Shown one piece after another: positions 1 to 16,468 of a DNA stretch of 64,000 nucleotides. Both the position numbers and the translations under genes were made by a program. The first letter of the stretch is position 1, and the number at the start of each line of letters is the position of its first letter. Source of the stretch: Perkinsus olseni. Lineage: Eukaryota. Below the pieces are notes generated by a model. That model did no database searches. It saw only the letters and a list, made by a program, of their open reading frames with translations, and was not told the DNA's origin. The stretch is taken from the NCBI GenBank assembly GCA_013115125.1, contig JABANN010000130.1:1-64000 (forward strand), in the 5' to 3' direction.

Positions 1-3000
1 CTCGGAACTCGTTCACTAGAAATACTGACTCGGAGGGAAGTACTCAGACTCGGAACTCGGAAGTGTTTTGCACTTGAACGGGCTCCAGGTATAGCGGTGG
101 CTCTTGGCTTCGATATCTACACCTTCGGCTGCTTCTAGTTCTATCATGGGCCATGATCCATGGTGCTTCTATTGGCAATCTTCATCCATTTCCGGATACA
201 GCGACGTACAAATCGGCAATCGATGCTTCCAATGGTGGATTGTGACGGCTGTCTCCTTTTAGGCAGCGGTTGTCTATTTTATGCGCGTCCACGCTAGTAA
301 CGGTGCGCATGCGCGCAAAGTCCACACTGCGCTTAATACAGTACTACAATTATTTATAACGAGTTTTTGGTAATCTGAGAAACGGATTGATGTTTCGAGC
401 AGATGTTTCATTGTCGGCTTATTATAGGCCGCATTGCGGAAGGAAATGCCTGAAGAGCAACATGAAACCGCCGTTGGTAGAGGAGGCACTCTCCCGAGGG
501 TTTCGATATCCCACTCACCCTCCGGAAGGGTTCGATCTTTATCATGTAGACCTAGCATCTCGGAGGTGCTGGTAGAGATGGTTGCCATTGTAGGGCACGT
601 GTGTCTCCGCCCACGTTCCGTCTATAGCGCTCATTGTGTACGCCTTCTTCTATTCACCAGCCGACCTGAAAACGGGGGGTTCAACTCACGTCTCCAAGGT
701 TTGAGAGAGGTTTGCTGGTTTGCCAACCAGCATGGCGACTCACCAGATCATTTGCAGGCTCGACAGTGTCGATCACTATCAGCATGGTAAGTGACGGACC
801 GGGCTCGCGCTACTCACACGCACGAGAACGCTGGCGAGAATTTCCAAGGGCGCGAACGTCAAGTTGAGCCTTGAGTCGAGTTAACCTTCTCATTCCCGCA
901 CGAGGTCTCCTGTCGCACCGAGAGTTCTGCCAGGGCCGTCCTCGGACGACAGTAGTAGAAGCAGATTCCGGCGTGTGTACGGGTCTGCTATTTCTCTGCT
1001 GTCGTTCTTGTAGCGGTGCGGTGAAAGATACTTGCTCTACTCACCAAGAAATTGGTTGAACTCTCGTACTTCCGATTTCAGCAACACCTCTCTCGCTAAA
1101 CAGTTTAATGATAATCGCCCCATCTTGTCCGGTGATCGGCATGGCATGGATGGTGTTGAGCGTGGTTAGTGCTTTGGAAGGCGGCCCCACCAAGGTGATA
1201 GAACCGTTCTACAGCGGTCTGATCGCTAGAGATGACCAAAATCCAAATGGACCGATGCTCTCTCGTTGTGGCCACGTTTTCTAGGTGAGCCATTATTACA
1301 GTAGACGCGTCAGTGCGCTAGAGCTAGATGCCAACGAATAAACGGCAGTTTTCCATCCGGTGGAAACGCATCTCGCGCGGGAAAATGCTATCGAACAGTT
1401 CGCTGACGGGCAAATTCAATATCAATCAAGTACATCTTCTTCGGCGGTCAAGCGAGCTCATGGAGAAACTGACTAAACCTATGCGTGCCTATGAACTGTG
1501 ACGAATATATCGTAACCTTCGACGCATCATCTCATTACTGTGATTCACAGGCTTCGAAGGCAATCATCGTTCGCTCGGTTGAGCTCTACGCATTCAGGCC
1601 AGAAGGGGTCGGCCAAAAAGAAAACCGTACAGTCGTCCGCTAGGGATACCCAAGAGAGACGTGGCCTCAGAGGATACCTGTTACTCGACTTGGAAGGCTA
1701 GCACGGTAGCTTTCCAGTACTGGATAGGTCTCCTGAAGACTCTCATGTAGGAAAGCGACGAGTCGGTTACCGTGGGGGCCGGCCGTGCGTCGGCGTCAGC
1801 ACGCTATCGCATGGACAGAGTGAGCTTCCACCAGAGGTGACTTCTTCTCAACCAGCTGCTCGATTCGAGGGATGTCCCATCAGGTTGAGAGATACTGCGC
1901 CGCTGAGGCAGCTCTCAGGTCAATTCAGAAAACTACTTCCCGGTGACGATAAGGTTGCCGGATCTACCGTCGTTCGGAGTATCGACAAGTACTACGTGAA
2001 CCTGGAGTACTTTATGCCCACTGAACTTGAAGGTGGCAGTGGAACGTGCGGACAGCAATTGAAGGAGAAGATTCAGGAGAGCACTGGTGATGTTTTACAG
2101 TGGTCCATACTCCGAAAATGGCGTTGACCCAATACAAGCAGGTGAATATACTCTGGCATTCAGAACCGCACGCAAGTTATCCTCGAACTCGATAAGAAAG
2201 GAGTACTGGTCCTTTGACAGGGTGAGCTAGAACTCTGAAATCTATTGTCTTCTCGCAGCGACAATCTTGCAGTGTTGTTCTTGTTGACTGGAAGACGTCT
2301 ATTGCTTTCTGTTTCGGCCTCGCTCAAAGTAGTGCTCGCCGAGCACTGCTCGGCAATCATAGCATTGATTAATCGTCTGAATTCACCACAGTGCCTCGAC
2401 CATAGCTACTCAGGCGGACGTGACTCGAGGTTTGGAGATGGTTTGGTCTCCGAAAACTAAGAAGTTCATGATCGCATCGCTCACTGTGATCAGCCCTCAG
2501 AATACGTGAGCCTACACGATGCCAGACAGATTCAATCAGTTCTCCTTCTTTTGTAGGACAATTCCAGACGGTTGCCCAATTGCTCGATCGGCCCTCAAGA
2601 AAATGAACGCACAAGAATCAGCATACCCATCGGAGCCGTCCGAGGAACTGACCTTGAGGCCATATGGGAACCTCATAGCTTACAGTAAAGCGGCGGAAGA
2701 GTTCCTAAGCAGAGCTGACAGCGATTACCTCACTTACCAAGACATGATACTCGACGCATTGCTCCAGGAGACTCCAACTAAATAGATGGCTGTTTCCAAC
2801 CCTTGGAATCGGATGATACGAACAAGTGGCATGCCGACGTTCTCGCTGTTCATTGTTAACTCATGGTGTGTCGCCTTACCGGACCCATTACCCTGTTTGG
2901 TTTGCCGGGCAACTTCTGTGTATAGGGCATCGATGACCATCGATGCTCTACTCAGCATCTCTGCTCTAGAGCATCGCCGATAAACTCTGTCGTTGTGAGG

Positions 3001-3277
3001 GTCCACAAGAAGCTGGGCAGCAACGTTCTTCCTGGCGGGTCACTGACCCGGGGTCAGTGCAGCTCAGCCTCGGTGGACCTTGATGGTGGTTTCGGACTAT
3101 ACTTCCTCTAACGGACCCCCTCACACGAAAATCCGCGAAAATTTGCGAGCCCAGTTCTTCGTGGTCACCACGACGTGGTGTAACACCACCGGTGTTGGCT
3201 ATATTAGCTCCAAGTTACAAGGGTTTCAGGTTAGCAGAAACAGTCTCCTGCCGCCTCAGGGCCTTCCTAATTTGTCA

Positions 3278-3320
3278 GCCTCAAATTGAGGCCCCGACCT
3301 CAATTGAGGCCCTCAATTGA
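3278..3320. repeat. Three clustered copies of the palindrome CCTCAATTGAGG (one with an extra A, one truncated)
   Basis: gcctcaaattgaggc (3278-3292), cctcaattgagg (3298-3309), cctcaattga (3311-3320). Confidence 0.8.
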
Positions 3321-3394
3321 CCAACCAAATGTTCGATGATCCCTTTGAAAAGATTTCGGCTAACTCGACGATTCACCGATTGATTTACTCTGAT

Positions 3395-5722
3395 TCAAAC
3401 TCCTCGATTTCCCGCGCTCACAGCAAGTCCCTGCTCCAACATGAATTTCCTCACCAAGAGTGCGGCATTCCTGCCCGAGATGCATACGGTCTCCAAGGCG
3501 CTGGCCGCACGCTCCATAGGGGAAGTGGCAAAGACACCGCACCCGAGGTCGAAGGGCGGGAGCGTCGCTCCGAGATGGTACAGCGGATAGGCTCCCGATT
3601 TCCAATCATGAACGGCAGCCTTGGTAACACCGGATCCCGATCGCCTGAGAAAAACTGGTCACTACACAAAGCTTCACTGGTGGTCACACAGCACGGATCA
3701 ACTTGGGCAACGTCGATAAACTTACCGTTCGATAAGAACGTCAATCTCGGCATCAGTGAGAGGTCGCTCAGTGAAGATTTTGAAGACAACTTCGTCGCCG
3801 CGTGAAAGTCGTGCCTTGATCTCTTTCGCCTCTTCTTGAGTGGCGTCGACTGGTATCTAGAGTTGCCATTCGCAAAGCACACAGTCTCTCGATGGTCACC
3901 TGGCACCCGATAGACGTCCAAGGGAGGTTCGCGTCGGGTTCATAGGTCAATACCGCGGCGATGTTTGCAGCCTCAGGGCCACTGAGAATAGATCCCAGCG
4001 GGAGCAACACGGAAAAAAACCGATAAGACCCACCTGTTGGCGATGTCCGGTCTGATTTTCCCCTCCATGTAGTGGCATACAGTACGGCACATGCTGTGGT
4101 CCTCAGCCTCGAAGAGGGTCACGGCTTTCCGGGCCGTCCGCGAGCCAGTGATTTCGATCGAGTTCGACTCGAGTGGGCAGGCTATGATAACCGCATGATA
4201 GTCTCGCACTTCCGTGTTGTTGTAGCGGACTCTGATGCCCCTTCGCGGAGCCGCTTCTGTGGAGAAGACAAAGGCCAGTGCGTTGAGGAAAAGCAAGAGA
4301 GCAAGACCGAGCCTATCCTACTGACGACATCGATCTCAGAATATTGTTGCCGGAAGAAACAGAGCACTTCCAGTGTCGTATTGCAAGAGCTTACTCTGAA
4401 GCACTTCCACCTTCGATACTCTCGCTCCGGAGTATACTGTAGGCCTCGAGTTCTCCAAGCATTTCCGAGGGACCTAAACGGGACAACCGTACTGAATACA
4501 CAAGATGTCCTCTTAGACCTGGTCATTGCCACCGACGACTGAGAAGAGGGCCTCCGAATCGGTTCCGGCCATACTGACAGTGCCGCAGAAGGCATTGAGG
4601 CAGCTGCCGGGCTGACGGTAGTTGCAGCGCGTGCCTGGTAAGTGCCTGTTGTAGTTCGTCGACTGAGAGGTCTCACCGGCGTTGACGAGCTCCTTCACTA
4701 GCCTGTTGTTTATACCACATTTCCCGATAAAATAATCATCTACCTGAGAAGAGGACTTCGCTTCTAGTGGAGCGTGCTAGTCCTACAGAAAGGTTCAGCA
4801 TGTTTGCTAGGTTATCTGCGGCCGTGCCGAGACTTTCTAGCATCTCCAATGGCGAGTTGTACGACACGCCTCTTCGCTGCCGATCATAGATCATCGTGAA
4901 CTTCTCTATGCCTAAACGTGAGTGGTGTGAATTTCGTGGCGCGCGGTAAAATCCGAGGACGTAGACCTACATCTCGCCACCGCTCTCTTCAGTTTCATCA
5001 AATTAAACAATCCATAGCGGCGAACCAAAGCAAATGTATCCAGAATCTTGTTGCCGCTCAGCCGGAATGAGCGCTGCGATGTGGAGCCTCTGAACACTAT
5101 CCCTGATCGCAGAGACCGGTTTGCCATTCCCTGACATTCAGGATTCCGAGAGAGTTACCAGCGCTGGACATGACAGCCTTTCTCCTCTCCAAACCGAATC
5201 GCTCGCAGAAGGCAACAAAGTACTTATTTTCTTTGTGCACTATAGAGGCACCAGCCTCATACCTAGAATGCGGACACTGCCAGCGCTTCGGACGGGAGTT
5301 GGCTACTTCCGACCGCCGCACTCTACCGACCGGGCGCGACCACCAACATGATGATCGGACGACTCGAAAACATCGATCTTCACAGAGGTCTCACTGTCGA
5401 ACAGCTGGCTGCAGAAGTACCTGCCGGAGAGGCAATGAAGACGGTAGCCGTACGATGTACCCACGCAGCGCTGGCGCCTGCCATGCCGGCCCCGATGATC
5501 GCTACAGAGCAAGGAGGGCCCTTTGCAGCGATGAGAACCTCGGGAGCCCAATCCAGTACGGCGGTCGGATCTGGGACAGATAATCACGGCGCGCGAAATA
5601 GAGCATTAACACTTACCTTCACGCTCGCGCTTAGCCCAGCGGACACCAATAAACAGAGTCACCACTGCAACGGCGATGAACGCGAGCACAGTGAAGGACC
5701 GGTCGTCAACTTGGAAGTCCAT
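3395..5722 (-). CDS. PCYOX1: Prenylcysteine oxidase/lyase (multi-exon)
   Basis: N-terminal hydrophobic segment, FAD motif VAIIGAGMAGASAA, VFESSDHHVGGRA, YEAGASIVH, LNAFCGTVSMAG..LFSVVGGN, YHAVIIACPL, C-terminal GAYP..MERAASALETVCISGRNAALLV; ATG 5722, TGA 3395. Confidence 0.85.
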
Positions 5723-6434
5723 TCGGGAAGCCCAATCGCAATCTGGCGCAGAATGGGTGATATTTAAGCCCTCTTCTTCTGGCTAATATCAGCAGTGTCC
5801 AACCGCGTTTATCATGTGTTCATATTATATGTGCTCCTCAGTGATCACTCTCGGTCTACCAGAAACCACAGAGAATGGGCTTCCTGGTTTATCATGCTGA
5901 TCCTATCTTACTCCGATGAGAAGAGACGCCCAAGCGAAGTGATTGATGCCAGTAAGACAGCAGATGAAAGCTTGGAGCTCGGTGAAGCTCGGGTGTTGTG
6001 TTCTCAATCAGTCGGTCTCTTACAACCAGAGAGTCAACGCGGAACGCACGAAGAAGAAAACAATCCGTAACATATGGGCATTCATGAATCAGGAAGGATG
6101 CTCATCTCAGTCTGGGAGGGAGCTGATCGCCGCCGCTGGGGTTCTGCACCATTTCGCTGATCTCGTCAAGCCGAGTCAACTGATCTTCGGTTCCACGCCA
6201 AGGTTGAAGTTGCCGTAGCAACTCAGAAACGGAGAGGTGTTCCTTCAAACGGTAAGGGCCTCTTGAGGGGCACTCATATAGCGAATCTGTAGGGCGACGA
6301 TGGCATCTGATAAATCATCATAGAATGGCAATGAACATGCGAGGACGAGGAGGAGGGCACCGCAGGGGCGCTCGGGAAGGGCCTCAGCAGCACGATAACG
6401 AGCATGATGGACGAAGTAACAGAAACTTTCGGCA

Positions 6435-8660
6435 TCACTTCTGGCCGTCGTCGCATTGACAAAATCCTTGGTGAGCATAGGAGACTCTCAACGCTGCCAT
6501 TTGGTCCTCAGGTAGTAGTACAGCCAAAGCGAACGTCCTAGAAAAGAAAGGACACACAACGCTACTTCCCTCCAACCAGGATAGTCGCACAACTTTCCAT
6601 CAGATCATTCCTGAGGCAAGCGGACGACTTGCACGGTACCGACCGGAAAGGATTGTTTCCCCAACGGTATTTGTAGAAGCCGCCAGTAGAATCCATGAAC
6701 AGGAAGAAGTCTCGGTATGCTGCGTTCTCGACCTGTCCATAACAGACACGAGTGACCACGGTGAGTATCTTTGGTTTGAACGTACGAACCAGGACAGCTT
6801 AACGGCCTCGAAGTCGAGCTCAAAGACTTGCTGGTACCACTTGAAGTTGGCCTCGATCAGCGACTTCGCCACAGGGGAGCATCGTGGATCGATGTCATGC
6901 ATCTTACAGTAAAGAAGGAAGTATCTAAGGTTGATCCGAGGAAAACACGAGTTCCGGTTGCAGACTCAACTGTAGGAAGTTCACCGCAGCGGCCGCCGAT
7001 TCTCGACCGAAGTGTGTGAAGACCGCGGTGAGGTTGCGAGCATGCATGTAGTCGAAGACATCCTCCTCATTATCCCATTGGCCAGGCAGGTAGGAGTCCG
7101 TATCCAGCGTCAGAGCATAGTCAAATCTGAGAACCTTCAAGCCTTTCCAATACTCTCGCGCGGCTCATAGGTTTGTTGCTCAACTGATTCTCTGAGCGTG
7201 AACATTTTCTCACATCTCCTGCATACTGAACCATCAACCACAGTTCTGTGCCATGACTATCAGTGAGGGTGATTACCGTCGCCAGCACTCTTCGTTATAT
7301 ATCGGCCAAGACCGCCATCGTATAGCCTTCCTGTAGCCAAGACTGGACGGCTGCGGCTCCATCTCCTCTAAGACGTGTGACGGGATAGGTTCGAACTCTA
7401 CATACCTGCCCGTCACAGCATCTGAGCTCAACAGTAGGAGTGCCGCCTCACACAAACCAGAGCCGATTCTCTGATGCCTCCACAAGTTGCTTTCTGGAGG
7501 CCAAGCTGAGCCCGTCGTGGAATATGATGACGGGTATGTCCCTGAGGGATGCGCTGTCCACACCACTGGACCGTGTGATCACGAGTTTCATCATACTAGT
7601 GTTCGGTTATCAACTCAACCCTTTCTCTGCCCTTTCTCTCTAGCTGTGAGCCCAAGCTACTCGTTTTGTGCTCTACAACTATACCCACTTCAAAGAGGTG
7701 GTGCAGGAGCGGACTCAGAGATATTTAGCAGTTCCACTCGAGAAAGTGAGGGTAGAGAAATCGGGGATACCCCTACCTTCGATGGTTATACATCTCCCAG
7801 AGGTTCCCTAGGGCGAACGCCAGCTCGCTAATCTCACTCTGTCGGTCCGGAACCAGGTAGTGTATAACAGCTTTGTACGGCCGTTCTTGGTGCTGAGAAA
7901 ACGCAGAGGAGCGTAGGGCCTACGCTCGATCCTTGAAAGGCAGACTTTCACGAGTGAGCTTTCAGGAGGAATGAAGATATGCCTTGCGATGCGGTCGTGG
8001 GCCGGCGAGCACCTTCCGGGGCTTCGAGATCTCTTCGCAGAGGCGACCACGGAACGGCGGATAGCAGTCGCAATGCTTCCCTGAACACTTCCCTCGATGG
8101 TCCTTGAGGAGGTGGTAGTCAGCGAGAGGGGTCCAGGGAATAGGGCGCTCCCCTGATGCGGTCATCGACTGGAGGGCATCGAGAACCTCACCCGTCGTCC
8201 AATAAGAAGTACTCGACGAAACAGTGCTTAGCCAAGGTTGCTTCCTCGCCAGGGCGATCGGATGGTACCTGCAAGGCGACTGCCGATTAAAGAGCGCAAG
8301 ACTACACGGCTGGTAGCACCTCGAGAGTGGATTGGCTACCCAATCTCGATGAAACACATCCTCGAGTCGTTGAGCGTTCTCGCTGGCATCCGGCAGCCAG
8401 CGGAAGACAGCGATTGATGGATCTTCGATGGACTCCAGGACATACCTAAGCCCGCAGGACTTCGCCGACGGCGCTGACGGTACGCAGAAGTCACCCATGC
8501 GATTTGAGCAGACTGTGAGCTCCCTCAAGAGAGCATCGCGACTGCACCTCGTCCACTGTGGTGACATCACTCAGAGAAAGATTCATACAGCTTGTGTTGT
8601 ACATAACACCGGCACCACTGACGAGGACAGAGGTAGTGCATAGCGTCGTTTCCATGCTAT
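6435..8660 (-). CDS. GT15 (KRE2/MNT1-like) alpha-1,2-mannosyltransferase domain preceded by an EGF-like Cys motif; multi-exon, ends approximate
   Basis: Exons FDYALTLDTDSYL..DVFDYM, DFEAVKLSWFVRS, FMDSTGGFYKYRWG, FALAVLLPEDQM..YAH match GT15 motif order; CSGKHCDCYPPFRGRLCEE is EGF-like. Confidence 0.7.
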
Positions 8661-8664
8661 AAGA

Positions 8665-11275
8665 TTACTCAGCGCTCAGCGCATCCCTGCGGCCGGCAGT
8701 ATAACAGTGTAACTGATGGAAGCTGTTGGTCTGTTCGATAGAGCTACTTCGAATTTCCGGAGCACTCTCAGGATTGGATTCAACGTGCAAAAGTCGATCC
8801 TGGGAGTGCTCCTGAAACCCAAAAGACGCAGTATAGAGAACACCCGAACACGTGGAGGGAAGACCGTCTTCAGAAGGCCGCCGCTGAGCGAACCGAAGGC
8901 AATCGAGGTAAAAACTGATATCAGCAAAGTGGCAGTTCACGCCAATTTCACCTCTGCCGGATCCCATACGATGTAAATTGGCTGATCGTTGACCACCGTG
9001 CAACGGGGGCGTCAACGGCTGCTTCTCAAACGTGCGTGAGTAGAAAGTGTTCAACCCACACCGTCGTCTGCGGACTCGATGAGCTCTCTCTGGCCGTGCT
9101 CTTCCACCCACTTCTCGTGGTCAGGTATGACGACGGTTTCAAAGCCGAGTAGGGGATTGATCGGCACGTTAACGCGCCGGGGCTTCACAGTAGCGGTGAG
9201 GAGCCTACAGGCAGCCTAACTGTAATAACCAGCTCTACTGTAAGACTGAATACTTCTCGGTGAAGCGGCAGTTTCCGACTACTGGATGGACGAAGACGCT
9301 TTCGGGCGCCCAATGGTTTATCGAGTGGAAAATAGCGCGGACTGAGCTGAGAGCGGCTGACCGGGAGATGTAGTACGGGACCTGAAACGATGCTCTCGAG
9401 AGTTCCCCCAGGCTGCTGTCATCTGCTCACTTCATGGACTCTCCTGAATGCCCCGTCCAGGTCGAGGATGCTACCATGCTCAGCAATGAGAGCGCTGCCG
9501 TGGTAGTCCACCGATGTGTTGAACGGGGGAAAGAGATTGATCTGTCTAGTAAGATGCTCAACCCCCAAAAGACCGACTTCACCTTGAAGAGGTATCCGGC
9601 ACTACGGGAGCAGGCAGTAGGGTCATCGGTGGACCCTGGTGCACAAACCTGACCACGGGGCTGGGCAGTTCTCGATGGAGGCGCGGTGCACTTCCCAAGG
9701 CCTTGGTGTGCGATGATAATGTCGAGCATCCAAGTGGAAAGTAGCAAACAACCGACTCCCTCCATCATCGTTATCGCTTGCTCTACTGGAGGAGCCCACC
9801 TATTGCAAGGGAGGCATCGGGTGGTCGTGGAGGAGAAACAGTCATATGATCGTAAGTGCAAGTGGGACCGGTGCACCCACCTCCGACAGCGATCCCGTTC
9901 CCCGACTATGTGCTGGCTTCAAAGGGACTCGCCCTTCTTGATGTAGGAAGTCAATGAAATCCGCATTTGGTACTCCGGATTGATTGAGCACAGCTGCGCT
10001 TGCTCGAGTGGCGAGGTCCACCACAGCCTGACTAACAATGGTCGTGGTGAAGGTTCGCGTTAATTCGCTGCCGCGGATGCCCGGAACAGCACGGTCCACC
10101 CCAGGAGCGATAAGACTCTCAACGTGACCCGATACGACGAGCTCACGTCAATAGCGCGCGCCCACCTTGTCCATCGCGTAGGTAGGCTCGAGTTCACCGA
10201 CAAGAGTATTAGGCACTCCGAAAGCGCTGAGGGCGTCCTCAATGAGAGGCATCAGCAACCGGTGGATGAGCAAGTCTACAGCCTCTCTTATTTCCTAGTA
10301 CAAGAGGACGCACCAGGACTGGGTTCGACAGAGGCGTTGCAGCACGTACTTCGTTAGTCGAACAATGGCCCTCTCCCACAACGAACGGTGCCATGAGCCT
10401 CCCCTCCTGCTCCGAGTCGATAACTGCATGACTGATGTACTGGGCATTGGCTAGGAAGCGACGAGCATGGCGTCGCATATTTTCACGGATTTCCTCCTGA
10501 AAGTAAAGCCATCCCCTGCGTCGCCTACTCCGGCCGGCTCACGTCACGCGCCCCTTGGTGACAGCACTCGGTCATTACTGTGTCGGCGAGTGCATCGAGA
10601 GTATCAAGGGCTGCCTCACACGACCTGCCAAGTGAGATCGACCGAGAAGGACCGCCGGCTGTGCCCACTTGTGTATCTGGTACGCCGTGATGAGCTCGAC
10701 CAGCTCTACATTCCGCGCTGATAATGCCTGCCGATGGAGACTGATAAGCTCTGTAACGCCGCCACCGATCATTTTCAACGCTTCATCACCGCAATGCCGG
10801 CACTCTAGCAGAGGCAGGAAGGACAGCCATAAGGAAAGGGAAGGGCAAATCATAGAAATCCTGCGGGTCACCCGCAGTACGTGTTCCATATCAGCCGATA
10901 TGAGACCAAATGTGTGTCGATAAGCAGATGCTGTAGGACAAATCGTCGTGAATCACGAGATCGATCACGTAAAAGGATCAAGGATCTGTGACGCGCAGCC
11001 ATATAAAACGAGATTTGCTAATCTCAGAGGCAGCGGAGACTCTCACGGAGAGTCTCCGTCGGAGATAGTATAACAGGTGTGCAGCTCGACTAAGTCCTTG
11101 TTGTCTTGCCGAAGCCGTAGGAAAAGCTTCGGCCATGCCGAAGCCGAATCGGCAGATATCTAACCTCGTTGAGCTGAGTGACAGTACAGATCTCAGGAGC
11201 GCTGAGTAGATGGGTTGCATCACTCAGAGGCGCGACTCAGGCAGCCCACACAATTGAGCGGCATGGCTGCCATGA
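8665..11275 (-). CDS. Multi-exon hypothetical coding region, possibly the 5' part of the GT15 gene
   Basis: Exon-like minus-strand segments bounded by GT/AG (e.g. VNVPINPLLGFETVVIPDHEKWVEEHGQRELIESAD near 9065-9175); no recognisable motif. Confidence 0.35.
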
Positions 11276-13304
11276 TATCTCTCGCGGGATATGGACGGCG
11301 TGGCAGCACTACGGCTTTGCTGATTATGCCAATCACCTTTCTGGTCGTCGACCAGGGACCCTGGCCTGGTCAGCAGGCGTCCTTGTAGCCGTTCCAAATT
11401 ACACCGCTCATCAGTGAAAAGATCACTATCTCGCTGGTTTTAAGAGTACGAGAATTTGAACCTAGAATTTCGTTCTTCGCCGAACGCCGCAGGCACCCAG
11501 CGCCGCGAGTGAGAACATCCCGCGAACTCAGAAGCATCTCGCTTGCGTCGAGGTTTGAAGTCCCTGCAAACGTCCAATCCCGCTTCCGCTGACTTCGAGA
11601 GAGTCACAAGAGTCTTCTGGCTGTTCTTCCGAAAATTTCTTTGGCGGCAAAAGAAATGCCCTTTCCCCATCTTCGAGGACATCGAAGACCGGGATTTCGT
11701 CAAGCTTCAACGCTACAGCAGCTCCGACATTAGCGTCTGCGTAACCGCCTTCAAAAGTGAAGTGAACAGAGCTAATATGACGACATCGTTTCGGTAGAAA
11801 TATAAGTAGCAGGTGAATCTGAGATCTAGTAATAATGAGGAGACAGTATCGGATAAAAGCAGGACTCATGAAGCATGCATGGGAATAGTTTTAGCCTACT
11901 TATGTTCCTTCAGTGGTTCACGTGAACGACTCTCGAGGGCCTCCGCCAGCTTTCTTAAATTCGAGTAATTTAGCCTTATCTCGCGAGGACCAGTGTCGCT
12001 CTCTAGTACTTCAGTAGATTACTCGTCAGTGATGAGCCCTCACAACGCAACTCTGGCTATTTCGTCGGAATATCAATGACCAAATGTACACTCAGGATCT
12101 CTAATGGCCGAATATCATCAGGCAAACTGATCACGTGATCGCCTAGTCTAGTCGCATGATCCGACTGTCGCAAAAGTTACCCTGAAGATCGTAGCTGTTT
12201 AAACGATAGTGCACAAACATAGGAGTCTGTTGATTAAGACTCTCTGCTCTGTCACCATGATGATTCATATTCACATTCGCACTGAGGTTCAGACGCAAAG
12301 TGGGGGAGCGCCAGTGGTACGTTGCAGTCTGCAACGCAACTAACACTTCGGCCACGCACTCGTTTTCAACTTTCCTTGTGACCTCGACGCCAGTTTCTCT
12401 CACCAGGTTTCAGAGCACGAAATGCCCATGGGATAGTCAGGAATTTCCGGAAGGCCATGAACACTCGGCAGGTGTCGGGATGGTTATCGTAATCATAGTC
12501 GTAGGCTGCATTGATCGTCGTCCAGGCGCCCAACTGGATAGCTACCTGGCTAGCGCTGCTGGTGAAATTCTCGCTCTCCTTTTTTACGGCCTGGCATAAG
12601 CCATCCTCGATGACTCGAATTTTCTTGGCGATAAGATAGTACCTCCGTTACGGTGAAGGCTTTACCATAATTGGGAACTCACGCTCGTATAACGTGGCGC
12701 AGGCCTGGCCTGCCAGGCCATGACCTGGCCGCCGGGGATTCCAAGGTCCTTGGACAAAGGATCTACTTGATCAAGCGACGATAGTAGCATATTCAACCAA
12801 ACGGGGGTTTAACTCACCGCGCGTCAAGGGTCTGAATAGTGTTAGAACTGATGAGCACGCATTGCGTGCCACGCAATATGGGATCTCGTGGCGAAGCGCG
12901 AGCCCAAGCTGATCAAAATAACCCATGCCGAATGAATGATGCGGCTAGGGATAGGCTCTGCGCCATGGGTTCCTTGGAATCTTCAAAGAACCCGAGTGGC
13001 ACTGTGAGTCTCGATCATTAGAACACAATTTAAGCCGCTCACTCATCGCATATTCCCAAATGGGAAAATTTTTTATGTGTGTATAGTAGTAGTGACGCAA
13101 CAGCCAAGGAGCTCCGAAAGGGGCTCATAAGTACAGTATGAAACTTAGCTACGATGAACGCCATAGCGTAGCTTGTGTAAGGGTCGAATAGGACAGCTGG
13201 AATGGGACAGTTCACACGATATGGCCTACATGTGAGAATTCTCTTGGGCTATTATATGCCGTTTCTCATATCCCCCCAGATCAACGTTGGTTCTTTCTTT
13301 TGCA

Positions 13305-13854
13305 GGAAATATATCTGAAAAGAGAAAATTAGGAAGCTGGAAAATTACAAGATTTTCTTGCCTGCAGGCAATGACTGCATTTTTGAGCCTTTTACCTCAT
13401 CACACGTGAAAAAACTTCTCCACTTGGTTCTTCACGGGTTTCTGCAGTCATAAAGAGCATGATTCAGCATCACTTCTTGCGTGTAGGTCCGCACCAGGGC
13501 CGCCAGCAACGAACCTCTGTAATACTACACGTTTCCATCACTCGGACGCGCTCTTTCAACTTTATTGACTTCTTTGTCCTTCACAAGAGTCTCATGAACG
13601 CAGATAACGGCAGAGTCGACTGTTGATGACCACGTCACGTGGTTCGCTCGGCCCACGCCCGAAATATTCGCGAAGACTTCGAGGAAGTTCGTAACAGGAA
13701 TGGCCCGTCCTACATACGCACTACGTATAACGCAGGAGGTGGCTTCTCCGAGGTGCCTCTTCTCTACAAAACATCTGACAACAACCCACACCACAACAAC
13801 TTATCACGCATGCGCCACCATCTGGCAAAAGTTCACGGCATCAAGGAGGAGTAG
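13305..13854 (+). other. Possible small spliced gene or gene relic ending in a C2H2-like His pair
   Basis: Polypyrimidine-AG acceptors near 13305 and 13368; last ORF ends RMRHHLAKVHGIKEE*. Confidence 0.2.
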
Positions 13855-14422
13855 CGTCAAATGTTTCAAGCTGACACACACAAGGGTGAGTTGCTTTCTA
13901 TAGTCACTCTCAGCGCTCCACTGCATCTTATTAGATACTGCACATGTATCCATCCGTACCGGCTGAGCCGGCTGAGCTAGCCGCCGGCGCAAAATTGCAT
14001 GTTTTTCTCCGGGAATTTTCGGATATTTCCATGCGAAATTTTCAAGTTCATATATCTGTGACCGAAAAAGAGGTCACTATCTCGAAAAGAAGCCAACCTT
14101 GCCTCAGACTCACAACTGCTTCCGAAATGGCATGAGATCCTCGTGCTTTGAGCTTTGCCCAGATTAGCCGCGACAAATTCGCCCGGGCCCATACAAGCGC
14201 AAGCATCCCATGGCTGCCACGGCTGCGGCTCTGACTAACCTGCAATACTTCACTGTTCTGTCGCTCCAGGGAACCGTGGTCTGCCGTTGATAGTCCGAGT
14301 AATGCTCAAAGTCTTCGAGTCAAAGACAGAGGCAAGATTGTATCAAAAGGAACGACCAGATATTGACGCAACTATAACGCTACAAACCAGAGAGAAGAGA
14401 ACGTAGAGATGTTACGGGTGTA

Positions 14423-16468
<2,046 letters not shown>

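Noticed and set aside
845-900. LDSRLN resembling a non-LTR reverse transcriptase thumb motif (minus strand)
   Set aside because: Six residues next to a stop, with no other RT motifs seen
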